From NCBI GenBank assembly GCA_037128935.1, contig JBAXVQ010000002.1, positions 10,391 to 74,390 of the forward strand: a stretch of 64,000 bases of DNA, given 5' to 3'. The notes beneath the pieces were generated by a model. The model saw only the letters and a list, made by a program, of their open reading frames with translations, was not told the origin of the DNA and searched no databases. Within the stretch, counting starts at the first letter, position 1, and each line of letters opens with the position of its first letter. The DNA comes from a bacterium. Lineage in GTDB: Bacteria > Patescibacteriota > CG2-30-54-11 > JBAXVQ01. Shown one piece after another: positions 9,460-19,003 of this stretch. Both the position numbers and the translations under genes were made by a program.

Positions 9460-10356
9460 TTGAGAGAGAAAATTCAATGGGCTTCACTTCTTATACTGGG
9501 ATCATTCCTTACCGCTACAATTTATATTGATATTAAAGTTTCTTCAGGGACACTTTCGTCTTTGGGTTTGGCTTTTCTGAGACTTTTCTGGGCATCAGTT
9601 GGGATTTTGATTTTTCAGTTAATTTCTAAACGATCTTTTGCCGTTGAGCTGGTTGATTTATTACCGTTGGGTTTATTGGGTATTTTTGGACAAGGGATAC
9701 CGGTGTTGTTGGTTATTATTGCAACACGTATGACCGATTCTGCAGTTTCTTCTTTGTTTACCAATACATCACCTTTGTGGGCGTTGCTTCTTTGTTTTTT
9801 TTTAAAAAGAGAAAAGTTATCATGGGTAAAAGTGATTGGAATTATGCTGGGAATTGTTGGAATTATTTTTGTTTTGTTTTTCCATGCAAATAAATCCGTA
9901 CTATTTTCTTTGAGTCCTACTGTTACTTTGGGACTTATTGCTGCGGTGGGAGCTGCAATGGGTTTTGCTTCTTTTAATGTGTTTGGTGGCAGGTTTGGGA
10001 AAAAGTATGGTGCGCTAAAGGTGAATCTTTATTCGTTTTTTATTGCTACTTTTTTTTCACTGCCTTTTGTTGCGTTTTTCACAGGTTTTTCTTTTGAAGA
10101 ATTTTTTTCTATGCATAGTTTGTTGGTTGGTATGTTGGCTGGAGTTTTTGCAACGGCGTTACCAAGAATAATACAGATTTCTGCGCTTAAACATTTTTCG
10201 GCTTCAGTAGTAACGATGTTTTTCTTACTGGTTCCACCATTTGCAACATTGTTTGAGATTCTTTTTTTTCATAGTAGCTTTTCGATTTATTTTGTTTTTG
10301 GAGGTTTGCTTTCCCTTGTTGGGATTTATTTAACACAATGGGGAAAGAAAGCTTAG
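9460..10356 (+). CDS. EamA/DMT family transporter
   Basis: About 10 predicted TM helices in two similar halves; 298 aa; TTG start. Confidence 0.65.
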   Translation: MREKIQWASLLILGSFLTATIYIDIKVSSGTLSSLGLAFLRLFWASVGILIFQLISKRSFAVELVDLLPLGLLGIFGQGIPVLLVIIATRMTDSAVSSLFTNTSPLWALLLCFFLKREKLSWVKVIGIMLGIVGIIFVLFFHANKSVLFSLSPTVTLGLIAAVGAAMGFASFNVFGGRFGKKYGALKVNLYSFFIATFFSLPFVAFFTGFSFEEFFSMHSLLVGMLAGVFATALPRIIQISALKHFSASVVTMFFLLVPPFATLFEILFFHSSFSIYFVFGGLLSLVGIYLTQWGKKA

Positions 10357-10459
10357 ATAGCAGAATTTGTGGTTGTATGCTGAGTGTAATGAGGGGTTGG
10401 TAATAAAAAGTGTTTTGTCATAAAATTAAATTACTGTCACTACATAAGGGAGTTTATAA

Positions 10460-11134
10460 ATGACAAATTCCATCAGTCTTGAAACCGCCAAGATACTTCT
10501 AGATATTAAGGCTGTTGTACTTTCTCCTCAGAAGCCAATCAGATTCACATCTGGTATTTTGAGTCCCATTTATGTAGATAATAGGTTGCTTTGTTCACAA
10601 GTAGCGGAACGTGAAAGAATTATTGAACTTTTGGTTCAGACTATTCGTGAGAAGCAGTTACAGCCTGACGTGCTTGCTGGTACTTCAACTGCAGGCATTC
10701 CTCATGCAGCTTGGATTGCTGATGCTATGAAGCTTCCTATGGTCTATGTACGCTCTACTCCAAAAGGTCATGGCATGGGAAAGCAAATTGAAGGTGGTCT
10801 TTTGAGTCCTACACAAAATGTTCTTGTTGTGGAAGATATGATTAGTACTGCTAAAAGTTCGGCTATCACGATCAACGCGGTTCGTATTGAAGGTGGCGCT
10901 CAGTGTAAGCATGTTATAGCTATTTATACTCACGAGATGCTAAAAGCAGCCACAACCTTTTCTGAACTTGGTGTAGGGTTAACTACGCTTACAAATTTTT
11001 CAGATTTGGTACATTATGCTGTTGAGCGGGGTTTTGTGAAACAAGAGGACAAGGATTTGGTTCTAGAGTGGAATAAAAACCCTCAAGCTTGGACAGAAAA
11101 GATGGAGCCTGTTGCTCAGGCTGCAGGTGTGTAG
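10460..11134 (+). CDS. pyrE: orotate phosphoribosyltransferase
   Basis: FTSGILSPIYVDNR and the PRPP-binding loop VLVVEDMISTAKS. Confidence 0.85.
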   Translation: MTNSISLETAKILLDIKAVVLSPQKPIRFTSGILSPIYVDNRLLCSQVAERERIIELLVQTIREKQLQPDVLAGTSTAGIPHAAWIADAMKLPMVYVRSTPKGHGMGKQIEGGLLSPTQNVLVVEDMISTAKSSAITINAVRIEGGAQCKHVIAIYTHEMLKAATTFSELGVGLTTLTNFSDLVHYAVERGFVKQEDKDLVLEWNKNPQAWTEKMEPVAQAAGV

Positions 11135-11213
11135 GTTTGTAACTCACTGGTTGGTCTTGTTAAGTATGGGTATGTGTTGTGTAATGGTAGTGTAGTTACT
11201 TACTTTTCTTGCA

Positions 11214-12599
11214 TTGAAGAAATATTTATTTTATTTTCTTGTTGTTTTTGCAGTTTCTTTTTTCTTTTTTATTTCCTTTGTTCAAGCTGCTAGGAGTGAT
11301 GGACTTGATACTGAATTGCAGCTTCCGGATCTTTGTGGCAAAGGTGGGACGGAATTTATTTTTGCGGCTACTGGGGATACATTTCCTCATGAGAACATTC
11401 AGGCTGTGGGTCAGAGGAAGGGATATGATTACCTGTTTGATTATGTACGACCATATCTGAAGGTCTCGGATATTAGTTACACTAATTTTGATGGTGCGAT
11501 GTTGAAAGGAAGTCCCCAAAGTGCTTACCCGATGTTTAACTACAATCCTGCATTGGCTAAAGCTCTTAAAAATGCAGGGATTGGCGTTGTTTCGATTGCG
11601 AACAATCATATTTTGGATCGTGGTCCGAAGGGTTTGGATGCGACTATTGGGGTGTTGAATGATGCAGGTATTTTGCACCATGGTTCAGTTACGTCAACAG
11701 AGTCAAAAAATCCTCCCCCACCCTATTTGCCGATTATGATTAGCCGTGATGGTGTGGACGTGAAAATTGGTTTTATATCTGCTACATGGGGGACGAATGG
11801 GAATGCTGATCCTTTTCGTCAGGTAAGTTTATTATGGAACAGTAACCAATATGGGAAGCAGAGTGGACCGATTAGGCAAGAGGTATTGGATGCTGTCAGG
11901 AAGGCAAAGAAGGAGACAGATTTTGTAGTTGTGGCGGCGCATTGGGGTGTGGAATATCAATTCTATCCTCATGCTGGTCAGATTGATGGGGCGAAGCAGT
12001 TAGCGAAGGCTGGTGCTGATGTAATTCTTGGAGCTCAACCCCATACTCTGCAACCGGTTGATTTGCTTGAGGTTGATGGACGAAAAGTATTGGTTGTTTA
12101 TTCTCTTGCTAATTTCATTGCATCACAAGGTATGTATCAAGCGAAAAGTTACAGTGCAACTTCGGTTATTTTTTACTTCACGTTTGTGAAGGAAAAAGAT
12201 GGAGCAGTTCATCTGAGTGGGTATCGTTATCTTCCCACTATTCATGTTGACAAGGATACACGGCCGGCTCCCATAAAAACCGACGAACTAAGAGGTGTGC
12301 AAGAACATGTGCGACTGATCATGCGTGATTTTTCAGGTAAACGACAGATTCAGCCTGATCCTAGTAAAGCTTTTGAACAGATCGCTACTTGTCCAGTACA
12401 AGAAATCACACCAAGTGTTGAAGGTGGTGTGTTGACAGTTACACCTTCGGTTGGTTTTTTTAAAATGGCTATGACAGTTGATACAGATAGTCCTTCAGAT
12501 TCCGGTATCTCGAAAATTAGCGTCATAATCTGGTATAGTGTTGGTGGGATGTTTCTGTTTCTTTTTGCCTATTTTCTTCTTCGCCATTTTGTTAAGTAA
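11214..12599 (+). CDS. CapA/PGA_cap family metallophosphatase-like protein, N-terminal signal/TM and C-terminal TM
   Basis: FAATGDTFPHE, SIANNHILDRG and VVAAHWGVEY blocks typical of CapA. Confidence 0.7.
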   Translation: MKKYLFYFLVVFAVSFFFFISFVQAARSDGLDTELQLPDLCGKGGTEFIFAATGDTFPHENIQAVGQRKGYDYLFDYVRPYLKVSDISYTNFDGAMLKGSPQSAYPMFNYNPALAKALKNAGIGVVSIANNHILDRGPKGLDATIGVLNDAGILHHGSVTSTESKNPPPPYLPIMISRDGVDVKIGFISATWGTNGNADPFRQVSLLWNSNQYGKQSGPIRQEVLDAVRKAKKETDFVVVAAHWGVEYQFYPHAGQIDGAKQLAKAGADVILGAQPHTLQPVDLLEVDGRKVLVVYSLANFIASQGMYQAKSYSATSVIFYFTFVKEKDGAVHLSGYRYLPTIHVDKDTRPAPIKTDELRGVQEHVRLIMRDFSGKRQIQPDPSKAFEQIATCPVQEITPSVEGGVLTVTPSVGFFKMAMTVDTDSPSDSGISKISVIIWYSVGGMFLFLFAYFLLRHFVK

Positions 12600-12614
12600 T
12601 TATATTTCAATACT

Positions 12615-13349
12615 ATGTCTTCAATTCAGCGGTTCTATATTTCTGATCGTATTTCAGTTTCTGGAGTAGTTTTTTCTGCTGAACAGACGTTGCAGATTTC
12701 TAAAGTTCTCAGATTACAGGTTGGAGATTCTGTTACTGTTTTTGACGGTTCTGGAAAAGAGTACTTGGTTGAATTGATTCAGGTTGAACGAAGGAAAGTT
12801 ATTGGTAACATTGTTAATGACGTCGTTACCGATACTGAATTGCCTGTGACAATCAGATTGTTTCATGGTTTGTTAAAAAACAAAGCCCAAGCATTTCTTC
12901 TTCAAAAAGCTGCTGAATTGGGTGTGCAAGAGTTTTTTCCATTTACTTCTTCACGAAATTCTAATAAACATTTGGGTAAAGAGCATTTCGAAAAAGTATT
13001 AGTTGAGGCTTGTGAAATTGCTGGTGGAGTCTGTGTTCCTAAGCTTCATGAAGAAAGATCATTTGCTGAGCTTTTTCTTGACAAATCTTTGTTTGCTGTT
13101 GAGAAGAGCGTTTCTTTGTTGGCGTGGGAGGAAGAAGGAGTTAGTACAATTGTTTCCGCCGATGTATTGGGTAATAATCAGGTAATCAATTTGCTTATAG
13201 GTTGTGAAGGTGGATTTTCTCCTGAAGAGGTTGCATTGGCGAAGAGGAATAATGTACATATTGTTTCGTTGGGTAAAAGGATATTACGCGCAGAAACAGC
13301 TGGAGTTGTTTTTGTCAGTAGTGTTTTGGTGAAGTTGGGATTGATCTGA
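12615..13349 (+). CDS. rsmE: 16S rRNA (uracil1498-N3)-methyltransferase
   Basis: N-terminal RFYI...KVLRLQVGD PUA-like region and C-terminal IGCEGGFSPEEV...LGKRILRAETA SPOUT knot motifs. Confidence 0.8.
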   Translation: MSSIQRFYISDRISVSGVVFSAEQTLQISKVLRLQVGDSVTVFDGSGKEYLVELIQVERRKVIGNIVNDVVTDTELPVTIRLFHGLLKNKAQAFLLQKAAELGVQEFFPFTSSRNSNKHLGKEHFEKVLVEACEIAGGVCVPKLHEERSFAELFLDKSLFAVEKSVSLLAWEEEGVSTIVSADVLGNNQVINLLIGCEGGFSPEEVALAKRNNVHIVSLGKRILRAETAGVVFVSSVLVKLGLI

Positions 13350-13418
13350 TTTTGGAAAATATTGACAGTTCTATGTTAGAGTTGATTCAGTAAAAGGCAG
13401 TATTGCGAGGAGCTTTCT

Positions 13419-14738
13419 TTGTCTAAGTTAATTCAACCCCGAACTCTCAAAGGTTTTCGTGATTTTTCTCCTGAAAAGATGCGTGTTAGGAAGTATTTGA
13501 TTGGTGTTTTGGGTCACGTATTTGAGCAGTATGGTTTTCAGCCGATGGATACACCAGTGATGGAATATGCAGATATTCTTGAAGGTAAATATGGGGCTGA
13601 GGGTGAACAGTTGATGTATAAGTTTGTTGATCATGGTGAGCGGCGGGTGGCGATGCGGTATGACCTTACGATTCCATTTGCTCGTTTTATGGCAATGAAT
13701 CAGCAGATTCCGCTACCCTTTCGTCGATATCATATTTCACCTGTTTGGCGTGCAGATAACCCACAGCATGGAAGATTTAGAGAATTTTGGCAATGTGATG
13801 TGGACATTGCTGGGGCTTCTTCGTATTTAGCTGATGTTGAGTTGCTTTCTTTAGCTTATGATGTTTTTTCTGCTTTGCGACTACAGGGTTTTGTTATTCG
13901 AATTAACGATCGACGAGTTTTAAATGGTTTGTTGCACTGTTTTTCTTTTGCTGAAGATGAGTATGGTGAAGTACTGAGAATTGTTGATAAACTTGACAAA
14001 ATCGGGGTTGAGGGAGTTGCGAAAGAAATGGCTGGCAAAGGGTTTTCATCTGATCACGTTAGTGCCTTTCTTGCCTTATTAACGATGAATTTGAGTGCTG
14101 ATGAAACGATTGTGATGTTGAGGGACAAACTTGCTGAAAATGCTGTTGCTATGCAGGGTTTGGAAGATTTATCTAAAATCTTTTCTTTGTTGAAGAAGAA
14201 GAGTCGTGGGCCTGGATTTTTTTCTTTAGATCTTTCCCTAGCTCGAGGGCTTTCTTACTATGACGGCACGATTTTTGAAGCTGTGGTTGAGAAACCGAAG
14301 ATTGGTTCAGTGTTGGGTGGCGGGCGTTATAATGGTTTGATTGGTATGTTCTCTGGAAAATCAATTCCTGCTGTTGGTTTGTCGTTTGGGTTTGAGCGTT
14401 TGGTGGCGGTTTTGGAAGAGCTTGAGTTGGTTCCGACATCGATTCAGGGGACGACAGTATTGGTGACTATTTTTTCAGCTGAACTTGCGCACTATTCGAT
14501 AGAAGTGGCAGAAGAGTTAAGAAAAGCCGGAATTGCAACTGAAATATATCCTGCTGATGGCGCAAAACTAGGGAAGCAATTTGAGTATGCTGATAAATTG
14601 CATATACCTATTGCGATTGTTGCGGGCCCTGATGAAGCGGCTCAGAACAGGGTTACAGTGAAAGCTCTTGGAACTGGTAATCAGGAAGTTGTGGAGATTG
14701 TGGAGTTGGTGAAGAAGGTTAGAGAAATGTTGAGGTAA
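13419..14738 (+). CDS. hisS: histidine--tRNA ligase
   Basis: PRTLKGFRDFSPE, RYDLTIPFARF, FREFWQCDVDI and GGGRYNGL class II motifs. Confidence 0.9.
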   Translation: MSKLIQPRTLKGFRDFSPEKMRVRKYLIGVLGHVFEQYGFQPMDTPVMEYADILEGKYGAEGEQLMYKFVDHGERRVAMRYDLTIPFARFMAMNQQIPLPFRRYHISPVWRADNPQHGRFREFWQCDVDIAGASSYLADVELLSLAYDVFSALRLQGFVIRINDRRVLNGLLHCFSFAEDEYGEVLRIVDKLDKIGVEGVAKEMAGKGFSSDHVSAFLALLTMNLSADETIVMLRDKLAENAVAMQGLEDLSKIFSLLKKKSRGPGFFSLDLSLARGLSYYDGTIFEAVVEKPKIGSVLGGGRYNGLIGMFSGKSIPAVGLSFGFERLVAVLEELELVPTSIQGTTVLVTIFSAELAHYSIEVAEELRKAGIATEIYPADGAKLGKQFEYADKLHIPIAIVAGPDEAAQNRVTVKALGTGNQEVVEIVELVKKVREMLR

Positions 14739-14742
14739 TTTT

Positions 14743-15006
14743 TTAGGTAATCCCACTGTTCTGGTTTGATATTTTATACTTTTTTAGCTTCATGTTTTGG
14801 ATGAGTTTGATTCCGTCATAAAGCACGAAGCTAATCTGTGGTAGAAAGAACCACAGGTAGCGGTAAGGTTGTACGCTTTCCCAGTTCATGCCGAGAATTT
14901 TTTCCCATTGGATGCCGTATGAAATTAAACAGCTAAAGGTAAGGATATTGGCACGAAATATGTACTTCTTTTCTCCAGTTAGTAAAGCGACTGGAAAAAG
15001 CCACAT
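14743..15006 (-). CDS. hydrophobic 87-aa ORF, in frame with and immediately downstream of the 15013-16128 gene (possible detached C-terminus)
   Basis: Same reading frame as the upstream ORF and separated from it only by TAG plus two codons. The sequence contains TM-like stretches. Confidence 0.35.
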   Translation of the reverse strand: MWLFPVALLTGEKKYIFRANILTFSCLISYGIQWEKILGMNWESVQPYRYLWFFLPQISFVLYDGIKLIQNMKLKKYKISNQNSGIT

Positions 15007-15012
15007 GGCATA

Positions 15013-16128
15013 CTAGGGGTGAAAAAGTTTTGTTCCGATTATAAGGTACCAAAGTATCGTGTGATAGATGCCCCAAAGAGTTGTTCTTTTGCCTTTCCAG
15101 ACAAGAAAGGTAATAGTGACGAAACTACTATAAAATAAGCATTCACCTATAATAAAGGGGATATGCAAAGCTCCACTTAGTGAAAAGAATGATGCAAGAA
15201 CAATTGTGCTTTGTTCATATATTCCATAGAAAATTTTTTTGTTGGCAAAAGGGGTGAAAGAGATTATTGCTGTAGCTAGCAAAATAGCGATTCCTTGAGT
15301 AATGGTAATAATTTTTTTGCTATTTTTAGTTAGTTTGATGAATAGTAGTGGTAACAGTAGTATTGGAATATATTTTGTTAAAACTGCAATGGAAAAGGTA
15401 ATAAAAGTTGCAGTTTTTTTATGATGAAGCAAGAGAATTATTGCAACTACAAGAAAAAACATCATAACAGCTTCGTTGTGCCCGTTGATTCCGATATCAA
15501 CTAGGAGTAGTGGGTTCCAGAGTACTGCTACCAGCAGCATTATGCGGTTGGCGATTTTTTCTCTCTGGTTATGGTAGTCAAGTGTAGCAGCAGTTGATAG
15601 AAATAGTAGAATGACTAAAACTTTCATGAGGATGATATTAATAAGCAGATTTTTCTGTGCAATCAGTGTGGGAATAATAGAAATAAACGTCCAGACTGGG
15701 CCGTAAACATTGGTAATATTCAGTGTGGTTAACTCAGCAAGCCTGCTGTGCTCAACTGTCTCGGGGAGTGTGATGTAGGGATTCATTCCATAAAGCACTA
15801 TTGTTCTGGCATGCATGACGTAGATAAGGATATCATCGGCAAATCTTGGATAGGTTGCAGTGCTGATGATAAGTGCAAATACTGGTGCTATCCAATAATA
15901 ATAGTATGGTATCACTGTGAAATATCGTCTGGTGAGCAGAAGCATCAGACAGTAGGCTGCACACACAATAATAGTCCAGAGCAAAAGATTATCTGAGATT
16001 GGTTGTGGCTTTATGTTTTCACTGATCGTTGCATGAAGGGTGCCGAAGATTCTTAGAAGAACAGCGAAATAGCTAACAAGAGTCAAGGATAGGAGAATGA
16101 AAACAAAATACTGCCATTTGGGATGCAT
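15013..16128 (-). CDS. polytopic membrane protein, GT-C-fold glycosyltransferase-like (DUF2029/GT87-like)
   Basis: About 10 TM helices. An early loop with DDILIYVMHARTIVLYGMNPY resembles GT87/DUF2029 proteins. Ends at a TAG that is followed in frame by more ORF. Confidence 0.5.
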   Translation of the reverse strand: MHPKWQYFVFILLSLTLVSYFAVLLRIFGTLHATISENIKPQPISDNLLLWTIIVCAAYCLMLLLTRRYFTVIPYYYYWIAPVFALIISTATYPRFADDILIYVMHARTIVLYGMNPYITLPETVEHSRLAELTTLNITNVYGPVWTFISIIPTLIAQKNLLINIILMKVLVILLFLSTAATLDYHNQREKIANRIMLLVAVLWNPLLLVDIGINGHNEAVMMFFLVVAIILLLHHKKTATFITFSIAVLTKYIPILLLPLLFIKLTKNSKKIITITQGIAILLATAIISFTPFANKKIFYGIYEQSTIVLASFFSLSGALHIPFIIGECLFYSSFVTITFLVWKGKRTTLWGIYHTILWYLIIGTKLFHP

Positions 16129-16130
16129 TA

Positions 16131-18887
16131 TTATAGTACCACAGTATCATTTTTCTTCACTTCCCCTCGCAACATTTTGTCAGCGAGGAGATTTTCGACT
16201 TCTTCCTGAATAACACGTCTTAGTGGGCGTGCTCCGAATTGAGGATGATAGCCTTTTTGCACTAGATATTGAAGGAATTGAGGTGAGATTTCAAGGTTGA
16301 TTTCTTTTAGCGCAAGTTGTTTTTTGATACTGTTTATCATCAGTTGTGCAATTTTGTAGAGTTGTTCCTGATCAAGAGGTTTGAATAATATCACGCCATC
16401 ATAACGGTTTATAAATTCTGGCCGGAAGGTTTTTTGGAGTTCAACAAGTAGTTGTTCTTTGATCTGTTCCTGTGACCATCCCTGCTGCATCGCTTGTTGT
16501 ATAAATAGGGCTCCAACGTTGGAGGTTGAGATGATGATTGTATGCGTGAAGTCGATTGTGATGCCACGGCTGTCGGTGAGTCTTCCATCATCAAAAACCT
16601 GAAGAAAAATATCCCAGACTTTGGGGTTGGCTTTTTCCAATTCGTCTAGCAGAACAAGAGAAAAAGGTGCTTGTCGAACAGCTTCGGTGAGATACCCTCC
16701 AGCTTTGGTATCTGCTGATCCAGGTGGGGATCCTATAAGTTTAAAGAGATCGTTAGCATTTTGATATTCGGACATATCTAAACGGATAATATTTCTTTCT
16801 GAGCCAAAGTAGACGTCAGCTAGGGCTTTTGACAGTTCAGTTTTTCCAACACCTGTTGGTCCCATAAAGAGGAAAGTGGCGATTGGACGTGTTTCATCTT
16901 TCAAGCCAGACCTAGCTCTACGCATGGCAGACGATACTGCCTTCACGGCTTCTTCTTGTCCAATAACGCGGTCGTGAAGGAGGACTTCCATGTTGAGAAG
17001 TTTTTTTGATTCTTCTTCTCCTGCATCTTGAACTGGGATACCAGTTTGCTTGGTTACAAGGTCAATTATTACATCGTCATTTACGTTATATATTTCTTTT
17101 TGTTTACATACCACTGCGGCCTCATCCAGAAGGTCGATGGCTTTACTGGGGAGTGCTTTTCCCTTGATATAACGGTGAGATAATTTTACGGCAGCTTCCA
17201 CTGCGGGATAGGAAATTACTACTCCGTGTGCGCGTTCGATGCCAATAGCCAAGGTTTTCACCATGTGAATGGCAGTTTCTACGTTTGGTTCATCCACCTT
17301 AACCACTTGAAAGAAACTAGCGAACGTCTCGTTCATTTCTAAGGTCGCTTTGTAGTTCGTCGGGTCGGTGATCCCAATGGTTTTAAAAACGTTATTTTCA
17401 ACAAACGGACGCATTACTGCAAAGGCGTTCATCCCTTGTCCTTGAGATGAAAACAGCAGATGGATGTCTTCGAGTACTAGGATAACTTCACCTGTGCCTG
17501 CGAGTTCATGCATAATGTGTGAAAGAATTTCAGATGTTCCGGAACCAGAAGATACATCCATTGAACCATCAGGAATATTTTTTTCAGAAAAGAGCGCGGC
17601 AATGTTGAGGCTTACTACACGATAATTTTTTAAGTTGAAAGGTACATTTCCACCCACAATTCTTTGGGCAAGACCATTTACTACTGAACTTTTTCCTACA
17701 CCTACTTCACCCACAAGAAGTGCATGGCTTTTTGTTACGCGGTCTAAGATGTGCAAGAGACTTTCAATTTCTGTTTGCCTTCCTACCACAGGGAGAAGGT
17801 AGCCGTCTCTGGCGTATGATGTGAGATCTTGGCTGTATTGATTAAGCAGCATTGTCCAGCCAGATGTCCAACCTGCATCGGCTTTTCCTTTCCGGTGATA
17901 TGGTTTTTTCCAATAGTATTTGCGACTTTTCTGACCTTCAATCATTTGTTCGGTCCAGAAGACAGTATTTTGAAAATCTTCAAGCTTTACGTTGTACTCT
18001 TGAAAAATCTCGTAGATATGTTCAATTCTGATAAGTCCTAGCAGAATAGAGTAGGTGAAAAACACTTCTTCCTGAAGTTGGAGGAGAAACCAAAGAGTGT
18101 AGAAAAGTGATTCTTTGAAATCTGGAGAATGGTATATTTTGTTTCCGTGTTGTTCTTTCGGTTGTTGATCAAGTAAACCTTGAATTTTTTGCAAAAAGCC
18201 ATGGTATTCAATATTTAAGCGTCCAAGCGTTTTTTGAAAGTAGGGTCTTTTGCCAATTTGATAAAGCGTATGAAGTGCTGTTATATGGCCTTTTTCTTCG
18301 GACTTTACTTTGAAAAGTGAAAATAGTAGCGAGATTTTAAAGTGATAACTGAAGCTTTGCGATATATCTATTGTCTCTAGGTTTTTTAATGCTTCGCCAA
18401 CTTGTGGAGGAGGTGGATTTTCAACAGGTTGGGGTTGTCCAATAAGTTTTGTTAGTGGCTTGATATTTTGTTGTCCAACTTGAGTCCAGTAAAAGATAAT
18501 CAACCAAGCAATCCATCCACCCCAGAAAATGAGGTTAAGCCAAGTACGGGCATATATTTGTTCTGAGATTAATAAAGCTTCTTCGTTAGAACGCCAAAAA
18601 TAGAGTATAAATACCAATGGTGCGGCAAGGGCTAGTAATTTTAGAACCCACTCTACAATAACTGTGAGATATAGTCTTTGCACGAATGGCCAAGAGAATG
18701 ATGTAGGGTTATGGGGATAGCCAATGTAAAGCAGTTTATTTGTGTTGTAAATGGCGTAAATGCCGTGTCCCGCACATTGGGGGCATTTCTTATACTCGTT
18801 GTTGTGTCCCCAGCCTTCGCATGTTGAGCAGCGGACGATTTGCAGCGGTATGGGGAGTTGTTCTTTCTTGGTTTTGCTTTGTGTCAT
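16131..18887 (-). CDS. Hsp100/Clp-family double AAA+ ATPase with N-terminal zinc ribbon and two TM helices
   Basis: N-terminus has CSTCEGWG...CPQCAGHG followed by two hydrophobic helices. D1 has Walker A GEVGVGKSS. D2 has GPTGVGKTE, LVLLDELEKA, LIGSPPG and GARPLRR. No IGF/L ClpP-docking loop and no long M-domain were seen. Confidence 0.8.
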   Translation of the reverse strand: MTQSKTKKEQLPIPLQIVRCSTCEGWGHNNEYKKCPQCAGHGIYAIYNTNKLLYIGYPHNPTSFSWPFVQRLYLTVIVEWVLKLLALAAPLVFILYFWRSNEEALLISEQIYARTWLNLIFWGGWIAWLIIFYWTQVGQQNIKPLTKLIGQPQPVENPPPPQVGEALKNLETIDISQSFSYHFKISLLFSLFKVKSEEKGHITALHTLYQIGKRPYFQKTLGRLNIEYHGFLQKIQGLLDQQPKEQHGNKIYHSPDFKESLFYTLWFLLQLQEEVFFTYSILLGLIRIEHIYEIFQEYNVKLEDFQNTVFWTEQMIEGQKSRKYYWKKPYHRKGKADAGWTSGWTMLLNQYSQDLTSYARDGYLLPVVGRQTEIESLLHILDRVTKSHALLVGEVGVGKSSVVNGLAQRIVGGNVPFNLKNYRVVSLNIAALFSEKNIPDGSMDVSSGSGTSEILSHIMHELAGTGEVILVLEDIHLLFSSQGQGMNAFAVMRPFVENNVFKTIGITDPTNYKATLEMNETFASFFQVVKVDEPNVETAIHMVKTLAIGIERAHGVVISYPAVEAAVKLSHRYIKGKALPSKAIDLLDEAAVVCKQKEIYNVNDDVIIDLVTKQTGIPVQDAGEEESKKLLNMEVLLHDRVIGQEEAVKAVSSAMRRARSGLKDETRPIATFLFMGPTGVGKTELSKALADVYFGSERNIIRLDMSEYQNANDLFKLIGSPPGSADTKAGGYLTEAVRQAPFSLVLLDELEKANPKVWDIFLQVFDDGRLTDSRGITIDFTHTIIISTSNVGALFIQQAMQQGWSQEQIKEQLLVELQKTFRPEFINRYDGVILFKPLDQEQLYKIAQLMINSIKKQLALKEINLEISPQFLQYLVQKGYHPQFGARPLRRVIQEEVENLLADKMLRGEVKKNDTVVL

Positions 18888-19003
18888 GGTTTTTTGCTAT
18901 GGACTGTGGAACATGCTTTGTTTTCATAATACGGAAGTGAGAGGGTTCGAGCAAGTGGAGGCTTTGTTGTGTGCTATTATTTGTTAGTAATGGAGGAATT
19001 GTT

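Noticed and set aside
11226-11681. 151-aa antisense ORF inside the CapA-like gene, with similar antisense ORFs at 31085-31591, 3565-3984 and 55822-56130
   Set aside because: Each is fully nested opposite a conserved, motif-bearing gene. None has a recognisable motif.
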